A DNA stretch of 64,000 bases from Azolla caroliniana (lineage: Eukaryota; Plantae; Polypodiophyta), in NCBI GenBank assembly GCA_043228905.1, contig JBHGNT010000020.1, positions 15,004,001-15,068,000 on the forward strand. Reading direction: 5' to 3'. The translations under genes and the position numbers were made by a program. Shown piece by piece: positions 26,101 to 39,399 of the stretch; positions within the stretch are counted from its first letter, which is position 1; the number at the start of each line of letters is the position of its first letter. Below the pieces are notes generated by a model. It searched no databases. It was not told the DNA's origin and saw only the letters and a program-made list of their open reading frames with translations.

Positions 26101-28024
26101 ATTATAAAAAAAAAATCTGATCATAAACCAAAATGATACATTGCTAGTGAATATGCATAGTAAAACATATTGAGTGAAACATGGTGAATCCTAAGGTGAC
26201 AAAATAGAAATATCGTTGTCATGTGCATGTAAATCCATTGGATGTGAAGTTGTACTAGTAAGTATTTGCCACAATGAGATATTCATTTTACAAATCATAT
26301 ATATATTCAAACAAATTTCTATCCTTCATAAAACTTTATGTAGATATGCTTTGGAAGATAAAACCATGTTGAACATAGAACAATTGCTTTATTGAGCCTA
26401 CTATTTGTTATCCTTTATTATATTGAACATTAGCTCTCTTATTCGATCAAATTCTAGAGGTAGTCATCACAAATCCTTAAGTCTCACTAGACATCTAACC
26501 TCAAGAGTGGTTAGTGAATATGTGCCCATAGGTAATTGATGTGGGTGGCACAGTATTTGATCCACCACTTTCTCCATGATCATGGGGCCTAGAGCTTGCA
26601 TGTTACATAACACAAACCTTTGATGTGTTGCAAAAACAATGTATTAAATCAACCCATATAAGTAAAGGTTCTATTGGTCTACTCACTAGTGTTGAACGAA
26701 TTTGAAAACTGCAACTAGAACCCATATAATAAGTAAAGGTTATGTTGGTCTACTCACAAGTGTTGAAGGAATTTGAAAATTGCAACTAGGTTTAAAAACC
26801 TCAATTGTGATTTTTGTTGGTTTTGGAATTTCCGATTTGTGTTGAGACGTGTCAAAATTTCCGGTCGAGTTTAGAACGGTTCTACGACTTGTTTGTCCAA
26901 AACCGTTGGGATTAATCACACATGTTATAATAAACTACAATGAAGTAAGCATTAGATTAGAATGTAATCAAACTATATATGTAATTGTATCAAAGATGGA
27001 AATGTTGGAATTTTGAGATGACCAAATTTTAGTGGGGCACAACTTATGTAGAAGACAACATGCATTTCAGTATGGTCATCTTTGCTTAAATTCACAAACA
27101 CAAAGGAGAGCATTAATGTTCCGTTTGAAATTTTGATTTTCAGATACAAGGGAAATAAAAGTTTAGTATTGGAGGGGAAGGGGAAAAACATTCGTTTGAT
27201 TATCGGAGCCAGTGTTGGTGCGATACTAGTATTTATTATTTTAGCATCAAACATTTCTCTACATTGTGGTGTGGAGAAAGGTTCAAACAAATAATTCAGA
27301 GGAAACACAAGTACTAGAACCTCCAATTCATGCCCAATCTTTATTTGCTTATCAAGACCCTAATGGTATATTGCTTAATTTTCCTGACGAGAATTTAATT
27401 CATTTTCTTGGCATCAAATGCTTGGTTTCCGTTTCTGCTTTATGCTCATTGCTTACAATAAATCTTCAATAATACCTGAAAAATCCATTTCCACAAGAAG
27501 CTAATATCGCTCAATTTTTATCTACAGGCAATGTTAAGGAAGAAGAACTTATTAAAGCGACTAATGTCGCCAAAGAATTTACGTTTGAGGAGATCAAAAC
27601 TGCGTCAAATAACTTCTCGGAAATCCTCGGTCAAGGTGGTTTTGGATCAGTATATAAGGGATATCTTTCGGCAGATTTAGATGTAGCCATTAAAATATTA
27701 TCTTACGCCTCAGAACAGGGGCCGCAAGAATTTTTCAATGAGGTATTGAATCTCTATTAAATTATATGTATGTAATTTCTTATGGGGGAAACCAGTTAGG
27801 AAATATAGTTCTGTACAATGGATGAAATTAAACTATTTTTATGCGTGTTTGACGTGCCTGCACAGACACGTAGACTTTATTAGACTATTTCTAAGGTGAA
27901 ATATGACCTATATGACACCAAAACTGAAATCATTTTCACAAGAGGATGTGGAAATTAGTGGTGACTCCAGATGTCTGAATAGAAAGAAAACTTGAATATC
28001 TTTATGAGATCCAGAGGTTGTGTA

Positions 28025-31000
28025 TGATGAGGTATAAACACGTAAGAGTGTAACACGCGTCACGTTTTATGCTCGATTATAATGAAAAAGGAAGACAAGA
28101 AATACACACAATGACACAACAAAGATTACACAAGATTTAATGTGGAAAAACCCTCAATGAGGGAAACAACCATGGGACAAAAGTCCAAAACCAATCCACA
28201 ATCACCAAAGAGATACAACACAAGTACAAATTCTACTTCTAGATATACTAGAAATAAGTAGAGATATGTAGCATAGTACTAGCAACAAAGATGGCACAAT
28301 AATCCAAAGGGATAAGATTATCTCTCAAGCATATACAAGAAAAGAAGAGAGAAGAAAACCCCGATAAGAACGTCCACAAGTCGAAGTAGTAGCCATGTAG
28401 ATCTCACGTTGAGTAGTGGAGATGGAAAGGAGATTGGGAGTAGATGAGTGGAGCACCAAGCTTCACCAAGCTTCTCCAAGCTTCTCCAAGCTTCACTATG
28501 CTTCTCTATGCTTAACTATACTTCACACTCATCCTTTGTTCTCACCTCTTCCCATATACATATCTCCTTTCCTCCCTCTCTTCTCTTTGTCTCTCTCAAA
28601 ACAAAAACGGTCGTTTTGTTTTGTTTTCCTCTTTATTATTATTATTATTATTATTCTTTTCTTTCTTTACTCACTAAGAAACATAACTTACATTTACCCT
28701 TTTAAAGAAATAAAGTAAGGGTAATAATTACTAAAGAAACAAAACTTTCGTTTTGTTTTATATTACCATCTAATAATAATAATAAATATTATTAAAAAAG
28801 AAAAGACAAAATAGTGACCGGAAACATTAACAATCTCCCCCTCCGGTCACACAAGGAGAGAATTGCTTGTGTATCAATTTATCTCCATTCCGGCAAGCTT
28901 GGCACATAGCTCAAGCTTCTCCCTTGGAACCACCTTTGTTAGCATGTCATCAACGTTGTCATCAGTATGGACTTTATCTAGTTGCAACATTTGCTCCTCG
29001 ATCGCCAATTGTAACCAATGATACCTTACATCGATGTGTTTTGTCTGTGAGTGCTTAGGTCCATTGCACTTTGACTGTCACAAAAAACCACATAAGTTAA
29101 TTGGCTCAAACCCAATTGTAAAAGATACCTTTTCATCCAAAGCATTTCTTTGCCAACCTCAGTTGCCGCAATGTATTCAGCTTCCGTAGTGGACAAGGCA
29201 ACACACTTTTGCAATTTGGATTGCCATGATATAGCTCCCCCTGCAAAAGTAAATAAGAAACTGGATGTAGATTTCCTACCATCAAGATCTCCAGTCATGT
29301 CCGCATCTATAAAGCCTTCAAGAATTGGTTTCGAACCTCCAAAACAAATGCACAACTTAGATGTACCTCTCAAATACTGTAAAATCCATTTTACAGCATT
29401 CTAATGAGATTTACCAGGGTTAGAGAGATACCTACTCATTGTACCAACTACGTGTGCAATATCTGGTCGTTGCTAACCATAGCATACATTAAAGATCCAA
29501 CCACCCAGGCATAGGGAATCAATGACATCTCATCTCTTTCCTCTTCGGTAATTGGACAACATTTCCTACTCAATTTAAAGTGTGTGGAAAGAGGAGTACT
29601 TATTGGTTTCGAATGTTGCATGTTGAACCTTTCGAGGATTCTTTCTATGTACGTTTCTTGTGAAAGCCACAATTTCTTTGATTCTCTATCACAAGTTATT
29701 TGCATACCGAAAATGTGCTTAGAAGGCCCTAAATCTTTCATGTCAAAAGTTTTAGATAACTCCACTTTTAACCTATTAATCATATTTAGGTCTTGCCCAA
29801 CAATTAGCATATCATCAACATACAAAAGAAGTATAATAAAATTACCATCCTCAAATTGTTTAACATACACACAATGGTCCGCATTAGTTCTTTTATAACC
29901 TTGATTCACCATAAAAGAATCAAACTTTTTATACCATTGGCGCGGTGCTTGTTTTAGGCCATAGAGACTCTTTTTCAACCTACATACCAAATGTTCTTTC
30001 CCTTTCTCTTTAAAACCCTCTGGTTGTTCCATGTATATTTCCTCGTTTAGGTCACCATGTAAAAAAGCAATTTTCACATCTAGTGGTTCAAGTTCAAGGT
30101 TTAAACTAGCTACCAAACCTAACACAACTCGTATTGAGCTTAATTTCACAACTGGTGACAAAATTTCGTCAAAATCAATTCCTTTCTTTTGACCATATCC
30201 TTTTACCACCAAACGAGCTTTATATTTTATAAAGTTCTCATCACCCCTTTTTAACTTAAACACCCATTTATTTTTCAAAGCTCTCCTACCCTTAGGAAGT
30301 TCAACTAGCTCAAATGTGTTGTTCTTTTTCAAAGAATTAATTTCTTCATGCATGGCCTCTACCCAACTATCTTTGTCTTTAAGAGTTTGCACATCATGAA
30401 AACTTTCCGGTTCACCTTCATTAGTGAGTAGAACATATTCAGAACTAGGATACCTCGTGGATGATCGTCGTTCTCTTGTAGATCTCCTTAAAGGTTGATT
30501 TGCCACCTCTTGTAATGGTAGTTGCTCCCCCCACTCAAGACCTATCTCTGGCAAAACAACATCATTATTAGCATCATCTACAATCAACGGCTCACCAACA
30601 TCCTCATGTTGCTCCTCTGGTTGTGAGGCACTCTCTTGTGTATCATCATCCATCATAGGAATTGGATCAATATCTACTAGGTCACCATCTGAAGAGGTAC
30701 TTGACCTTTCCGCCTTGTCAATGTCCTCAATGGTTTGGTCTTCGATGAACACTACATCACGACTCGTAATAAGCTTCTTTCTCACAGGATTGTAACACCT
30801 ATAACCAAAATCATCTTGACCATATCCAATAAAAATGCATTGTTCAGATTTAGCATCTAACTTCGATCTTTCATCCTTGGGTATATGTACAAAACACTTA
30901 CACCCAAACACACGTAAGTAATCATAAGAGACATATTTACCATACCACACTCTATTTGGTACATCACCTTGCAATGCGGTAGTAGGAGATAGATTAATGA

Positions 31001-33708
31001 TATGTGCAACAGTATTCAAAGCCTCACCCCAAAATGATTTAGGTAACCTTGCATCTGAGAGTAAGCACCTAACTCTTTCAACTAGGGTTCTATTCATTCA
31101 TTCGGCGAACCATTTAATTGGGGAGTCTTAGGAGGGGTTCTTTGATGTTTGATACCTTGCTCTCGACAATACGCATCAAAAGATCCACAGTATTCACCAC
31201 CATTATCGTTGCGAATACATTTCAGTTTCTTCCCTGTCTCTCTCTCAACAGAAACGTGAAATTCTTTAAAAACATCAAAAACTTGATCTTTTGATTTCAA
31301 CATTCGAACCCAAAGCTTCCTAGAATGATCATCAATGAAAGTAACAAAATAAAGTGCTCCACCCATTGACCTTACCTTCAAGGGTCCACACACATCAGAA
31401 TGCACTAGCTCGAGTATACTTTTGGTCGAAGAGAAGAATGCTTAAAGGAAACCCTCTTAGCCTTCCCTACCAAACAATGATCACATGTATCTAACTTCAC
31501 ATCTTTTAAACCTGGTAGGACGTTCCTTTTTGCTAAAAAGTCAAGTCCCTTTTCACTAATATGGGACAATCTCTTATGCCACAATTTTGAAACAACTTGA
31601 TTTTCAACTGCATTGCCAAAGTTAGTAGAGACAGAAGCTTGCAAAAGATATAAACCATTGTGACAACATTTATTTGCTTTCGCAACAATCAAAGAACCCT
31701 TACAGATTTTCCACTTACCATTTTGAGACGCATGGTTATAGCCCTCGTCGTCTAATGTACCTGTGGAGATTAGATCCAATCTAATATCGGGCACGTGTCG
31801 TACTTGATGTAGAATCAACTTGAATCCCGTGTTGGTTTGCAAGCAAATGGTTCTTATTCCGACTACCTTTGCAAGTCCATCATTCCCCATCTTCACAACA
31901 CCATAGTCACCTGGAGTGTAAGATGAGAAAAAATCCCTTCTAGACGTAACATGATGGGAGGCACCGCTATCAAGAACCCAAGTGGTTTCATGGCTACTTA
32001 TGTTAACTTCATTGTAACTTGTACATACAACAAGTACATCATCAGAGGAAACAACATTAACAGAATCGATATTGTCATTCACATTTTTCTTATCTTTCAT
32101 GTAGTTCGACACTTTATTTTCCTTCTTCCATTTGAAACAATATTTCTTTGTGTGACCTGTCTTACCACAAAAATGACAAACTAAATCTTTATATTTAGAC
32201 TTTGACTTACTTCTACTTCTACCTTTGTTGTTTCGGTCATCACTCCTCTTTTGGCTTCTTCCTCTATTTTCAGCAACAAAAGCTTCCATGTTTGATGTTG
32301 CTCCTTGCGTCCTTCGCCGCATTTCTTCATTTAGAATTCCACTCTTCACAAGTTCCATTGTCATACCTCCCTTAGGAGCCACACTAGCTAGAGTAACCCT
32401 AAATGTTTCCCATGACTCGGGAAGAGTATTTAGCAACCATAAAAAAAGAACTTCTTCTTCAAAGTTTATACCCATGCTAGACAATTGATCAAAACATCCT
32501 TGAAATTCATTTCAATGATCTAAAACCGACGTATTTTCTTTATAAGTCAAATGCATCGCTTGTTTGAGTAAAAACAACGTATTGTTACCGATTCTAGAAG
32601 CATATAAGGTTTCTAATTTATTCCACAAAGTTTTTGCATTTGTTTCATTCACAACATGATTCAAGACATTATCTCCTACCCATTGACGAATGAAACCACA
32701 TACTTGTTCATTTTCAAAATCCCATTCCTCATCATTTTTCTTTTTGGGTTTAATCTTTGCGAATCTAGGTAAATGCATATTTTTAACGAAAAGCAAATCT
32801 TTCATTTTTCCTTTCCATTTTTGATAGTTCGTGCCATTTAAAACAACCATTGTTGATGTGTTTGCCTCCATTTATAATCGAGCCAAAAAAACACAACCTC
32901 CGCTCTGATACCACTTGATGAGGTATAGACACGTAAGAGTGTAACACGCGTCACGTTTTATGCTCGATTATAATGAAATAGGAACACAAGAAACACACGC
33001 AATGACACAACAAAGATTACACAAGATTTAACGTGGAAAAACCCTCAATGAGGGAAACAACCACGGAACAAAAGTCCAAAACCAATCCACTATCACCAAA
33101 GAGATACAACACAAGTACAAAGTCTACGTCTAGATATACTAGAAATAAATAGAGATATGTAGCATAGTACTACCCACAAAGATGGTACAATAATCCAAAG
33201 GGATAATGTTATCTCTCAAGCATATACAAGAAAAGAAGAGAGAAGAAAACCCGGATAAGAACGTCCACAAGTCAAAGTAGTAGCCGTGTAGATCTCACGT
33301 TGAGTAGTGGAGATGGAAAAGAGATTGGGAGTAGATGAGTGGAGCACCAAGCTTCACCAAGCTTCTCCAAGCTTCACTATGCTTCTCTATGCTTCACTAT
33401 ACTTCACACTCATCCTTTGTTCTCACCTCTTCCCATATATATATCTCCTTTCCTCCCTCTCTTCTCTTTGTCTCTCTCAAAACAAAAACGGTCGTTTTGT
33501 TTTGTTTTCCTCTTTATTATTATTATTATTATTTTCTTTCTTTACTCACTAAAAAAACGTAACTTACATTTACCCTTTTAAAGAAATAAAGTAAGGGTAA
33601 TACTTACTAAAGAAACAAAACTTTCGTTTTGTTTTATATTACTATCTAATAATAATAATAAATATTATTAAAAAAGAAAAGACAAAATAGTGACCGGAAA
33701 CATTAATA
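28025..33708 (-). mobile_element. Full-length Ty1/Copia LTR retrotransposon, Tto1/Tork-like, decayed
   Basis: LTRs 28025-28832 and 32916-33708; 5-bp TSD gtgta (28020-24, 33709-13). iMet PBS (gctctgatacca on + at 32902-32913) and PPT (ctccccctcc on + after 28832). The empty site is visible in copy A (~4040). Confidence 0.95.
28870..32871 (-). pseudogene. gag-pol of the Tto1-like Copia
   Basis: MEANTSTMVVLNGTNY (gag), CHFCGKTGHTKKYC knuckle, WVLDSGA protease, HSDVCGP/FIDD integrase, YGLKQAPRQW and YVDD RT, ALSTTEAEY/CDSQSA RNase H. Broken by a stop at 32512-14 and frameshifts near 31410, 31100 and 29470. Confidence 0.92.
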
Positions 33709-36199
33709 GTGTATAGGGGCTAATATTGACCAAGGGTACCTGAGTGCTCAAGTTTTCTTGATGTCTTTCTCCTTCTTAAGAAGAAATATTCATACTTGGG
33801 ACTTAAAAATTCTTGATTTGTGAATAAGGCATATTACACATATGATCTCAACCTTTCTAGGTGGGTGTTCTCTTTAGTGTGCCTCTCAAGTCAACATTTC
33901 TCTAAATATGTCATTGTAGCTTTCACAAATCACAAATAGTATTGTATGTAGACCATTAAAAAGCAAGTCATATTGATCCTCTACTAGCCCTTTCTCATGT
34001 GCCTTGCATGCCTTGATATTTGTTGCCATAATGCAACTTCAATATCGAGCTTGGTTCATGAGTGCAAAAGAGTGTGAGGACTTTGCTAGAGTTTGTACAC
34101 GTGTAAATAATAAGATACGGTTGAATGTGGTCAAGAGCACCACTAAAGTAAAGCAAACTACATGAAGAAACGTAAATCCCAATATAAGATAGCCTTAAGT
34201 AACAAAAACATTTGTTTGTGCAATATGCTTACATATAACATTCATAGCCTTTGATGTCCACTCCAATCAATAATTCTCTCTAGATATACTCCCAAGAGGT
34301 TTCCAAACATGAAACCCTATAAGGAGTTGCAAAGAGAGAGTAAAAACACCAAATTGGTTGGAATGTTCATAGGCGCAACCAAATTCGCAAAAACTAGATG
34401 TAATCTACCATACAAATAATGTAATTGAAAACAAAAAAAATACATCATTAGGTTGTAAATGAGTGTTTACAACTTTGAAGACACAAATTGAAGTTTCTAT
34501 TCCTGAAGGTGATATCCTTTCAAACAATGTCATCATATTTCATTCTTGTCACCATGACTAACATTATATAAATGTGTACTGGCTAGCTTCTTTAGCATTA
34601 TCACATTATTTATAATCATGACCCACATTGGATATATGTTTACTAAATCAACTCTATTTTTCAGAATATTATCAAGACATAGGCTCAAAAACTAAAATCT
34701 TGAACTTGGTCGGAGGCTGATTCCCCGATTTATGTATAAGCCTCCTTGTATGGTCTCTATGTAATAATCCTTCCTAACTAATGGGAAAGTAGCTTCATTG
34801 TGTTGTTTGAAATGCTTCTTTATTTTGTTAACTTTAGGTTACTCTTTTGTCTCGTGTTCACCACAAGAACCTCATTGGATTTTTATATTATTTTAACACC
34901 CATTTTATTTCCATATTATTATGTTGAAATCTCCGTTTCTAATGTAGGACTTGCTTATCTACACCATGGATGTAACATTATTCATAGAGATGTGAAGAGT
35001 AGTAATATTTTATTATCTCAAAATCTAGAAGGGAAGATGTCTGATTTTGGAATATCATGGGTCACTCCCAGTGACACAAATCCTCTAACAAGGGTGATAG
35101 GTACCGTCGGATACCTAGATCCAACGTAAGTTTTTGTGTTCTTAAATCTTATCATTTATCAATAGAGTATTTTTAAATATCATTCATAACTATATTTAGA
35201 TGAATTTTCCTTATATCATTATGGGTTTTTAAAGCCTTATTCAAGATGCTAACAATGTTCCTGGGTAAATTTTATAATTTATACTAATTATTTCCATAGG
35301 TATGCATACACCTCAAAACTGACAGAGAAGGCTGTAGCTTTGGTGCGGTTCTTCTAGAAACTATATGTGGACTACCTCCTATCATCAAAGATAAAACACA
35401 AAATATTGACATCCATATAGTTGAATCGGTATGATAGCTAAAAAATCAAGAAATTATGTTATAATAACATATTATATAAATTGAAAGAATTATATGTTAA
35501 AATGTTCTTATTACATAGGTAAAAACCTCGTATGAAAATGGAAAGATTGAAGAAGTTGTTGATAAACAACTTGATAATGAATATAATGTGTCATCAATAT
35601 GGAAAGTAGTAGAGATTGCAATGTCGTGTGTCCGGTTTGAAGCAATAAAAAGACCTACAATGGCTAATATTTGTAATGACTTAGCTGAAGCTGTAAGAAT
35701 GGGAGAGAATTATGGATTCTCACCAAAGGTAATTGGAGAAACTCAATCATATTCAAATGTGAAACCTCGATGGCGAATTATGTGCAGTAGCAAGTTTGCT
35801 ATTTACATGCATATAATCAACCAAAACATAAAAATTAGTCTATTACTTTAAGTTCGCAATATTCATGCCATTTTGTACTTCAACATTAAAAACTATCCAT
35901 GTTTGAGAGAAACACAAATCGGTTTGATGTGATATTAAAACATATTATTAACCTTTTATAATACATGCTTTCATTTATTGTATTAAACTAGTAAGATCAC
36001 AAATATTGAAGAATTAAGCTTTGGTCCATTTAATATAGGTTGTTCCATTTACATTTCTTTGTTCAAATCACCATGGAGGAATACCATTTTACGGAAACAA
36101 AGGGTTTCCATTTTCATAATTACTAGAAAAATCTCATGAAAATCGAAGCCATATTCTTGTCAAGAACCCTTTGAAACATTTTTGCTTGATGTTGATGAA

Positions 36200-37300
36200 C
36201 TAAATCAGATGTCTACTTGAGTTAGAAGACCCACTCACACTAGTGTTTGTTGATTCTTCCGTACTAAGACTAAGTTCGAAGTTTTGTTTTCTCGAATTTA
36301 TATCATCTCTAACTCCATAGGTAGTTGCCGATTAGCACTTGTTGTCATCGCTTCTTTGTACTGTCATGTGTGGAAAATGTCAAATGATTACTATTCTTGA
36401 AAGTGGATGAGATGGTCTCTAGGATCTGCATGGTAAGATTGGGCTCATTGGATCATCACTAATTATCTCTTTTGTAGTATTATGGGTGACAAACGTTGGT
36501 GGTATGATTGGAAGTTCATGCTCATATACTTGCTAAGTCGATAATCAAGTATGTCAAGTTGGGCCGTTAAGAGTAGTAGTTAGATAGGCATAGGGTACCC
36601 ATTAAAGTTCGATAAGGCATTTAATTGCTTTTTGCATTGTCCAACCATTAAAGACAACGCTTGAACATCAACCACTTTGTCTTGTCTTGAGATCTTATAG
36701 TCGATAACCAATGTTGTGATTCGAATAATAACCAAGAAAGATATGCTTTTGGCAAAAAGATTCCAACTTTTTTCTCTCGTCCTTAGGCACAAGGGCATTG
36801 AATATCCACAACTTTTTCTTGTCGGGATATTTTTCGATACAAATCTCTTGTAGGATCTTGAAGTTAAGAGTTCTACTCGGCAAAATGTTAATTATATGCA
36901 CTACATTGATTACAACCTCTGGCCAAAAACCATATGATAGACTAGAATACTTCAGATTCTGTTGAATAACTTCATTGATCTGTTTAGCAATTCCATTTTG
37001 CTATTGAATTACATATCTCCTCTATTATTAGGTTGTAGGCATTTCATCTTTTGATCTGTCTCATTTCTCAAGCATTGCAAGGTAGTCTTGAAAGAGGGCT
37101 TAAGGCATTGGTTTTTATTCTCATAAGATAGGCAAACACCTTCCTAAGAGCATCATGAATGAACGTGATGAACTAAGAGGCACGACAAAACTTATACGAC
37201 ATGAGTCTATATGTCACATCAATTTTGATTCTCTTAGTGTGTTTCTCGGATGAGACGAGGATGCATGTTTACCGTATTGACAATGCTCACAAAACTAATG
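36200..37300 (-). mobile_element. Degenerate Copia integrase-region remnant (duplicate of ~7200-8310)
   Basis: ORF 36695-36901(-) is nearly identical to 7708-7914(-); flanking DNA is colinear. Confidence 0.65.
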
Positions 37301-37319
37301 GTCATAATAGGAGAGTTGA

Positions 37320-37700
37320 GGAATGCATCCAGCCTCATATAGATGCGTGATGTTCATCTTGCTCAAGTGTTTTGTCTCGTCCGAGAAGCATTTGAGAAAC
37401 ATTAGAAGCTGGCCATTCCTTTCTTCAAACTCATTAAACATAGATGTTACACTCTATTCTAGAAACTCTACGCATTCAATAAGGTCCCAATGGGTCATAC
37501 ATCTTGCATTGTTAAGGCTGAAGTTCACAAGCAAAGCCCATGTGAACTCCACCCAAGTCATGTGGGTTGCCTTTATTTTTGCAATCGAAGCTTGCAACAT
37601 GGTCAACAACACAACATCCAAAGAATGTAACAAATTTTGCTTCCAAAACGCCTTTGCAATGCATTTCACATTTGCAAACCTCAAGGAACTTAAGGGTGTT
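37320..37700 (-). mobile_element. Possible retrotransposon gag-like remnant
   Basis: Minus-strand TWVEFTWALLVNFS...FNEFEERNGQL resembles Gypsy gag W.EF...L...F patterns. Weak. Confidence 0.3.
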
Positions 37701-39399
37701 CCTTTGGTTTATTGACTTATAACTTTTATGATGTTATCAATCTCTTTTCGTAGGCCCGTCCTATCATCTCTTGTGCACGATCAACACTTGGCATGCATAA
37801 GTTAGGCAAAATGGCCACATGGTTTTGAACCATAGGAGGATTTGTTTGCATAAAAATAAATTACATTAGTATTAATAAATCACCCATTAGTCAAATCACT
37901 CCATCTTATAAATAAATAAAAGCAAATAAATTATACCTTGATCCCATGTGTTGCATGACACTTGCATTGTTGCAATCTATTGAGTGTCAGCTTTTATATT
38001 ATCCAAACAACCTCTTAGATTATATATAGTTACTTTGATTTTCTGAGGAAGCCTTTTTGGTCATATTTTGAAGTTCTTTCAAGCACCCTTCCTTGCAAAT
38101 ATACCAAATCATAATGCTACTTACCAGTTTCCATGTTTTAAATTTACCAATCACTATTTTTGGATTCACGGGTATATTTGTTTTTTGCATCTGAATATGT
38201 CATAGAGAATTATAATTCATCATAGCGTTGCCCCTCGTGTACACATCGCTTGAGGTTGCTATTAAGATTCTTAAAATCCTTTTCCATATTTCCATTGCAA
38301 CAATACAACTCCACAAACAATGCTTAGTGGTCTTCCTTGGATGTCTACATTCACACCTTCACTCACAAATTGGTATAGCTCTATGAATCAACAACTATCT
38401 AAAGGAGACATTTTTGCTATTCTTTTTTATACCCCACAACCATTTCCAAAATCGATTGAGTTGTTGTGAAGAAATTACATTTCTTCTCCAGAAAACATTT
38501 TGTTTCTTCCTTAACCAAGCACTTAATATGTTCCTTTAATCTTCATGGAATATTGAGAAAATGGAACCTATGTTAGTTGATCTTTAACCACCATTGTCCA
38601 CTAAAGTTTGATAGGATCCCCAAGTTAACTAGTACAATAGTCTGCTTTTGATAATCTAGAACCTCCATAAAAGGTTCACACTATGGATTCAGATCTAACA
38701 ACCAATTTGATCCATCATTTCCAATTGCCTTCAGCTCGTTTTGTAAACAATACGTAAACAACTAATTTTCTATGCAAATGTGGGTAACATAACCAATGAA
38801 CATCATGTACATCAAAAATCATAAAACCATCTTCCCTCCAATCCAATGGAATAAAGAAATATATCAACTTACGAACTATAAGAAATATGTCACCATAAGT
38901 TAATTATAATATTAGTTTATCTGAAGGAATTGCTCTCCTTCAATTGGTGTGCATACAATTGGGAGTCATTACCATTGTACATATTTCTTGCCCACCTGCA
39001 CACACTCAAGATCTTTCACTTCAATTTCTAACACCAAGTCATTTGAAACAAGTAATATGTCGCAATTTAAGAACAGTCCATCCAAAACAGGCACAAATTC
39101 GGTCATTTCACAAAAAGGACCATCGCATGCGTAAAGGGTTTTGGAAATTGAATCAAAATATATTGATTTATACCATGTCCAAAAATGCCCCTACTAATCG
39201 ACACGTGAAATTTACAAGAGAACGTACAAAAATTACAAAATGACTAGGCATGTATATTTATACATATTTGTGAATCGCCATATTGATGGAACATACAATA
39301 TCTACATTTCATATATGAGATCCATCACTTCCCAGAGATACGCCTTCCCCTTCAGACCCACCTGATGAACTAGAAGAGCTTTGTGAGGTCTCATCCTCA

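Larger units (their letters stand above)
23108..35851 (+). pseudogene. Malectin-like/LRR receptor kinase copy C, pseudogene (close paralog of copy A)
   Basis: 5' end fused to Copia RT. Stops TGA 23613-15 and TAG 24225-27; +1 frameshift in the TM exon (~27251); Copia insertion 28025-33708; ~0.5-kb deletion at ~34882 removing kinase sequence; 8-bp deletion at ~35334. Native stop changed to TGG (35771), extending the frame to 35851. Confidence 0.9.

Noticed and set aside
28416-28718. ORFs MEMERRLGVDEW.. (also 33307-33581)
   Set aside because: They lie inside the Copia LTRs over low-complexity/microsatellite sequence and are duplicated only because LTRs are.
37900-39300. Possible additional TE gene (CACTA-like accessory) on the minus strand
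   Set aside because: No motif I can recognise with confidence; short, stop-ridden frames.
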